Origin: Candidatus Binatia bacterium
Lineage (GTDB): Bacteria; Desulfobacterota; Binatia; UBA9968; JAJDTQ01
DNA length: 64,000 bases
Direction: 5' to 3'
NCBI GenBank assembly: GCA_963666515.2
Contig: OY762897.2
Span: forward strand, 2,528,001-2,592,000
Positions 60,223 to 64,000 of this stretch are shown here, piece after piece (position 1 is the first letter of the stretch; the number at the start of each line of letters is the position of its first letter). Under the pieces are notes generated by a model, which had not been told where the DNA came from, made no database searches, and worked only from the letters and a program-made list of their open reading frames with translations. A program made the position numbers and the translations under genes.

Positions 60223-60265
60223 CATGCATGTGGGTAAAAATGCGGCTATTTTATCCACATGCATG
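60223..60265. terminator. AT-rich 17-bp inverted repeat between convergent genes
   Basis: CATGCATGTGGGTAAAA-N9-TTTTATCCACATGCATG (one mismatch). Confidence 0.55.
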
Positions 60266-60287
60266 AACGGACGCTTGCGGGACCGTC

Positions 60288-61535
60288 CTACATTCCCTCC
60301 AGCAGCACCGTGCGGATCATCGAGATGGCGTTGAGGCTCATGCGGGTGCGGTCGGGGCCGCCGCGGCCGCCGAGGTTGTAGGTGCGGGTGTTGAACTTCG
60401 TGCCGTCGGTGACCGAGATGTAGGTCTGGCCCCTGGCGAGGTTGACCGCGGTGTCGCCGGGATTCTCCACTGCGTGGAGCGCCAGACCCAGGTCGCTTCC
60501 GGCCTGCTGCCGGACGGTCCAGGCCAGTTCCTCGGTGAGCGGCTCGGGCTGCTCCAGCAGCGCATCGGCCTCGTCCGGTCGGCGTGAGTTCGCCAGCAAC
60601 CGCCGCGTCCCCCGCTCTCCCGGCGCCACCATGCCCTCCACGAAGTGCTCTTTGCTGGCCCGCTGCAGGCGGTCGGCCACGAGCCCCGCGGTCATATCCT
60701 CGAAGACGGCCACGCTCCGGTCCTTCTCCCGCAGCAATCCGCCCACCGCGTCTTCCATGGTCTCGTCGTCCACGGCGAAGATGTGCGTGGTGAGCAACTC
60801 CCGCACCTGCGCCTCCACCGGCGCGATGAGCTTCATGGCTTCCTCGCGGCTCGACGCCTTGGCGGTGATGCGCACGTCCACTTGGCCGGGATGAGCGAGC
60901 ACCCCCACGGTGGGGTTGCTGGAGTTGGCGATGAGGTCGCCGATCTCGTGGTCCACCGAGCTTTCGCCCATGTCGGTGACCTTGAGCACCCGGTAGGTGA
61001 TGGTCTCCGAGAGATCCCACTTGCGCCGCGCGTACGGGGTCACCTCGTTCTCGAAGAGCCACTTCATCTCGTGGGGCACCCCCGGCAGCGCGAAGATGAC
61101 GCCCTTCTCGTGCTCGACGATGAACGACGGCGCGGTGCCGTTGGGGTTCTCCACCGGGATCGCCCCCTCGGGAATGTCGGCCTGGCGCTCGTTGTTGGGG
61201 GTCATGATCATGCCGCGGCGACGAAAGCGCCGGTCGATCTGGTCCAGCAGGCCCAGGTCCCGCACCAGCTTGCGGCCGCACACCTCGGCGATGATCTCGC
61301 GGGTGAGGTCGTCCTGGGTCGGGCCGAGGCCGCCGCTGGTGATGACGAAGTCCGCCCGGTCCAGCGCCCGGCCGATGACGTCCTTCATGCGCCCGGGGTT
61401 GTCGCCCACGATGGTCTTGAAGAAGAGGTTGACCCCGAGGTCCGACAGCCGCTGGGCCATCCACGCGGAGTTGGTGTCCACGATCTGGCCTAGCAGCAGC
61501 TCCGATCCGATGGCGACGATTTCAGCGTTGGGCAC
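60288..61535 (-). CDS. cinA: CinA family protein with degenerate PncC domain
   Basis: IGSELLLG..VDTN, VGDN, GGLGPTQDDLTR, LPGVPHEM; C-domain has FEDMTAG. Confidence 0.9.
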   Translation of the reverse strand: MPNAEIVAIGSELLLGQIVDTNSAWMAQRLSDLGVNLFFKTIVGDNPGRMKDVIGRALDRADFVITSGGLGPTQDDLTREIIAEVCGRKLVRDLGLLDQIDRRFRRRGMIMTPNNERQADIPEGAIPVENPNGTAPSFIVEHEKGVIFALPGVPHEMKWLFENEVTPYARRKWDLSETITYRVLKVTDMGESSVDHEIGDLIANSSNPTVGVLAHPGQVDVRITAKASSREEAMKLIAPVEAQVRELLTTHIFAVDDETMEDAVGGLLREKDRSVAVFEDMTAGLVADRLQRASKEHFVEGMVAPGERGTRRLLANSRRPDEADALLEQPEPLTEELAWTVRQQAGSDLGLALHAVENPGDTAVNLARGQTYISVTDGTKFNTRTYNLGGRGGPDRTRMSLNAISMIRTVLLEGM

Positions 61536-61983
61536 GATGCGCTCCACCGGTGCGCTCGATCAGGGCTTCGAGCGCGCGCATGGCTTGGGCGTGCGAGGCG
61601 CGGTGCGCCACCATCGTTTCCTTGTGCGCAGTCATGGCTTCCCTGTGTGCGGCCATGAACTCCTCGTGCCTGACCATGAACTCCTCGTGCGCAGCCCTTT
61701 GCCCGGCCATGACTTCCTCGTGCGCGGCCCCGTGCGAAGCCATGACTTCCTCGTGCGCGGCCCTGTGCGAAGCCGTGACTTCCTCGTGCGCAGCCCTGTG
61801 CGAGGCCATGAATTCCTCGTGCGCAGCCCTATGCGAGACCATGAACTCCTCGTGCGCGGCCCTTTCGCGCTCGGAGCGCTGATCCCCGGACCGGCGCATC
61901 AGCACGATGCCGATCCATACAACCCCGACCATCAGCAGACTGATGGCGGCTTGCGCGATTCCTGTCCATTCCGATACAGACAC
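61522..61983 (-). CDS. Membrane-anchored His/Met repeat protein
   Basis: GTG start with SD GGGAG, one TM helix, repeats of RAAHEE(F/V)MxSH. Confidence 0.8.
   Translation of the reverse strand: MSVSEWTGIAQAAISLLMVGVVWIGIVLMRRSGDQRSERERAAHEEFMVSHRAAHEEFMASHRAAHEEVTASHRAAHEEVMASHGAAHEEVMAGQRAAHEEFMVRHEEFMAAHREAMTAHKETMVAHRASHAQAMRALEALIERTGGAHRAQR
61600..61862. repeat. Coding tandem repeat (33-bp and 21-bp units)
   Basis: Recurrent core catgaactcctcgtgcgc / catgacttcctcgtgcgc. Confidence 0.9.
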
Positions 61984-62199
61984 GGCGCGTCTCCCGTCGG
62001 TCCGCCAACTCCAGGCGACCATGATAGTTCTTTCCGCTACTGGATATCAAACGACGCCACAGCCTCGCCGCCGCATCCAAAGCGAACCCCTTCCCTATGG
62101 TAGCTATTCGGCACCGCCGGACGGAACTTAAGCGGCGGCTCAGAAATTTGAGCTTCCGGGTGGAACTTTAGCCAACTGGCCCTTTCATAAGGGCCCCCT

Positions 62200-62546
62200 G
62201 ACGAGCGGGCGGTGTACCTGGCCATGGGGATCACCTGCGGCGGCGACAAAGACGTGCTGGGGCTGTGGATCGAGCAGAGCGAGGGGGCCAAGTTCTGGCT
62301 TCGGGTCATGAACGAGCTCAAGGCCCGTGGCGCCCAGGACGTGCTGATCACGGTGGTGGAGGGGTTGAAGGGTTTTCCTGACGCGATCACCAGCGTCTTC
62401 CCCGAATGCGCGGTTCACCTCATCCGTCACTCGCTGTAGTTTGCCGCGTGGAGGGACAGAAAGCCGCTGGCGAAGGCCCTCAAGGCCATTGACGGGCCGT
62501 CCTCGGCCGAGGCCGGAGCTGGACCGTTTCGAAGCCGGCCCCTGGG
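62200..62546 (+). pseudogene. IS256-family transposase internal fragment
   Basis: AVYLAMGIT..G.KDVLGLWIEQSEGAKFWLRVMNELKARG..GLKGFPDAI..C.VHLIRHSL then in-frame stop. Confidence 0.9.
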
Positions 62547-62553
62547 TCAACAG

Positions 62554-63080
62554 TGTGTATTGAGACGGTAATCACCTGACAGTCCCACCTTCGGCGCGAG
62601 ATGGCAAGTCGTGCGGGCGCTGGCGGTGGCGACACCGCTCCTGGAAGGATCAGGTTCCAGTTTACGGACAACCAACCTTTCAGGAGAACACCGTGACCAC
62701 AAAGGACAAGGCCACCCGGCGGAAGCCTGCTGGAGTTGGCCCAAGAGATGAGCAACGTGTCCAGGGCGTGCCGCATCATGGGCTACTCACACCAGCAGTT
62801 CTACGAGATCCGGCGCAACTACCAGACCTACGGGGCGGAGGGCCTCATCGACCGGCTGCCGGGAGCCAAGGGGCCGCATCCCAACCGGGTCTCTGAGGAG
62901 GTCGAGGCCGCCATCCTTGCCCATGCCCTCGATCATCCCACCCACGGGGCGCTGCGGATCGCCCAGGAGCTGTCGCTCCAGGGCGTGCAAGTCTCCTCCG
63001 GAGGCGTCCGCGGCGTGTGGTCCCGCCACAAGCTCTTGACTAAACAGGAGCGGCTGCTGAGGCTTGAGATGTCCGCTTAA
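62554..63080 (+). mobile_element. IS481-family left end and truncated, frameshifted transposase
   Basis: TGT-start end; MTTKDK..RRK / LLELAQEMSNVSRACRIMGYS..FYEIRR..GPHPNRV; no DDE core. Confidence 0.85.
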
Positions 63081-63098
63081 CCTTCTAGCCTGACCGAT

Positions 63099-64000
63099 TT
63101 AGTGCCATGGCCTCTTGGGATTTGGTCTGAATCGTAGAGGTGGATGCACCGTTGCCGGAAACTTGCTCTGGCCGTTACGCCAAGAGCCACTAGTACTCTT
63201 ATAAGTTACCCACAAATTAACCGTATCTGCATTGACATTGATGTCCAGATATTCTGTGAGCTGTCCCCACCCGTTCGCTCGGCCATTTCTCGCTCCGCCT
63301 ACAAATATCCAATTACGGCTCACCGCCACGCCAGGACCGGAAGCTAGGCCGCCTGCACAACTCCCGAGCCAATAGACAGCCAACTGTTCGCGCATCCAAA
63401 ATTTACAAGTTGGATCTTCTTCCTCGATTTTCGGAAGTTTATGGTTCACCGTATTGCAACGACTACCCAAACAAGACGTACCTCTCGCGAGCGAACCCCG
63501 GTAGAATTCACCCTCATTCGACCATTTCTCTTGGACGTATGTTTTTTTACGGATCGCTTCGTCGCCAATTCCTGTTCCTTGCAGGACGCCACGACCGTGA
63601 AACAATCCGTGCTTAGCAGAACCTTCGTAGTATTCAACCTGATCTTGATCCCGGGTTGAACAACCAGCTATGTAGTACCATGTAGACCCACAATACGCGG
63701 TCATGACGGCCGAACCCTTACCGTGTGCTAAGCCGTCTTTATCACACTGGCCTTTCCAGTACCCCAATCTTCGACGGGCCATCCCCTGATGTTTCCATAC
63801 GACACAGTTCTTCGCTTCAACCTCCTTCAAAGCAGCCGCCTTGCGCGCTGCTTCTTGCTTCTCTCTGTCTTGGCGCGCCAGACGCTCTCGTTCCGCGGCC
63901 TCCCTCGCCTCTCGTTGCTGCTCCGCCCTCTCTCGCTCCTTCCGCTCTTGCTCCCTTGCCGCATGCCTTGCCTCCGCCCCCGCTTCCACCAACGCCTCCG
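63099..64000 (-). CDS. Hypothetical protein: coiled coil plus two Cys/Trp/Gly MORN-like modules (5' end outside window)
   Basis: Glu/Arg/Ala helix, then two copies of C..W...YW.G.C..GLA.G.G.AV; lower GC than core genes. Confidence 0.75.
   Translation of the reverse strand, partial: EALVEAGAEARHAAREQERKERERAEQQREAREAAERERLARQDREKQEAARKAAALKEVEAKNCVVWKHQGMARRRLGYWKGQCDKDGLAHGKGSAVMTAYCGSTWYYIAGCSTRDQDQVEYYEGSAKHGLFHGRGVLQGTGIGDEAIRKKTYVQEKWSNEGEFYRGSLARGTSCLGSRCNTVNHKLPKIEEEDPTCKFWMREQLAVYWLGSCAGGLASGPGVAVSRNWIFVGGARNGRANGWGQLTEYLDINVNADTVNLWVTYKSTSGSWRNGQSKFPATVHPPLRFRPNPKRPWH

Noticed and set aside
207-61493. Many long antisense or alternate-frame ORFs (e.g. 1620-3191, 10214-12361, 22952-24730, 32064-34124, 55529-57760)
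   Set aside because: They shadow well-supported genes and are expected from high GC3 with few off-frame stops
61600-61862. Tandem repeat as a CRISPR array
   Set aside because: Units are contiguous multiples of 3 with no unique spacers, lie in a coding frame, and no cas genes are present
62110-62180. Two GGAACTT motifs and a short GCTCA..TGAGC inverted repeat
   Set aside because: Could be ECF promoter elements but they point only at an IS fragment; too weak to call

Overview
GC-rich bacterial chromosomal segment. Gene order (rpsB-tsf-pyrH-frr-uppS-cdsA-dxr-rseP-tsaB; DUF465-ilvB-ilvN-ilvC-psd-pssA-leuA; short EF-Ts) resembles deltaproteobacteria-like lineages; this is inference, no search was run. 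1-13 kb: accessory catabolic block (hydantoinase/oxoprolinase A+B, SDR, UbiD, tripartite tricarboxylate transporter with two binding proteins and an extra secreted protein, LLM oxidoreductase), interrupted by REP-like hairpins, a possible group II intron 5' remnant and a RelE-type TA pair. 13-25 kb: ilv/leu operon with asd, truA, psd, pssA. 25-32 kb: Fur/Zur-box-controlled metal uptake island (ABC transporter, COG0523 GTPase, FAD oxidoreductase, WD40 protein) between tsaB and DUF465. 32-53 kb: core genes (tsaB to rpsB, rho, ribF, tol-pal, pgk-tpiA-secG-tRNA-Leu, yggT/yggS, lytic transglycosylase). 53-64 kb: EgtD-like methyltransferase with an Fe-S oxidoreductase, hydrolases, hslR with a DRB0094-type RNA ligase, cinA, a His/Met repeat protein, nested IS remnants and a lower-GC hypothetical gene. 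Best novel candidates: (1) a leucine attenuator apparently built into the 3' end of pssA upstream of leuA; (2) a membrane-anchored His/Met hendecad-repeat protein; (3) the Hsp15-RNA ligase pair; (4) the COG0523 accessory module; (5) the EgtD-like/Fe-S pair. All assignments come from motif reading by eye.
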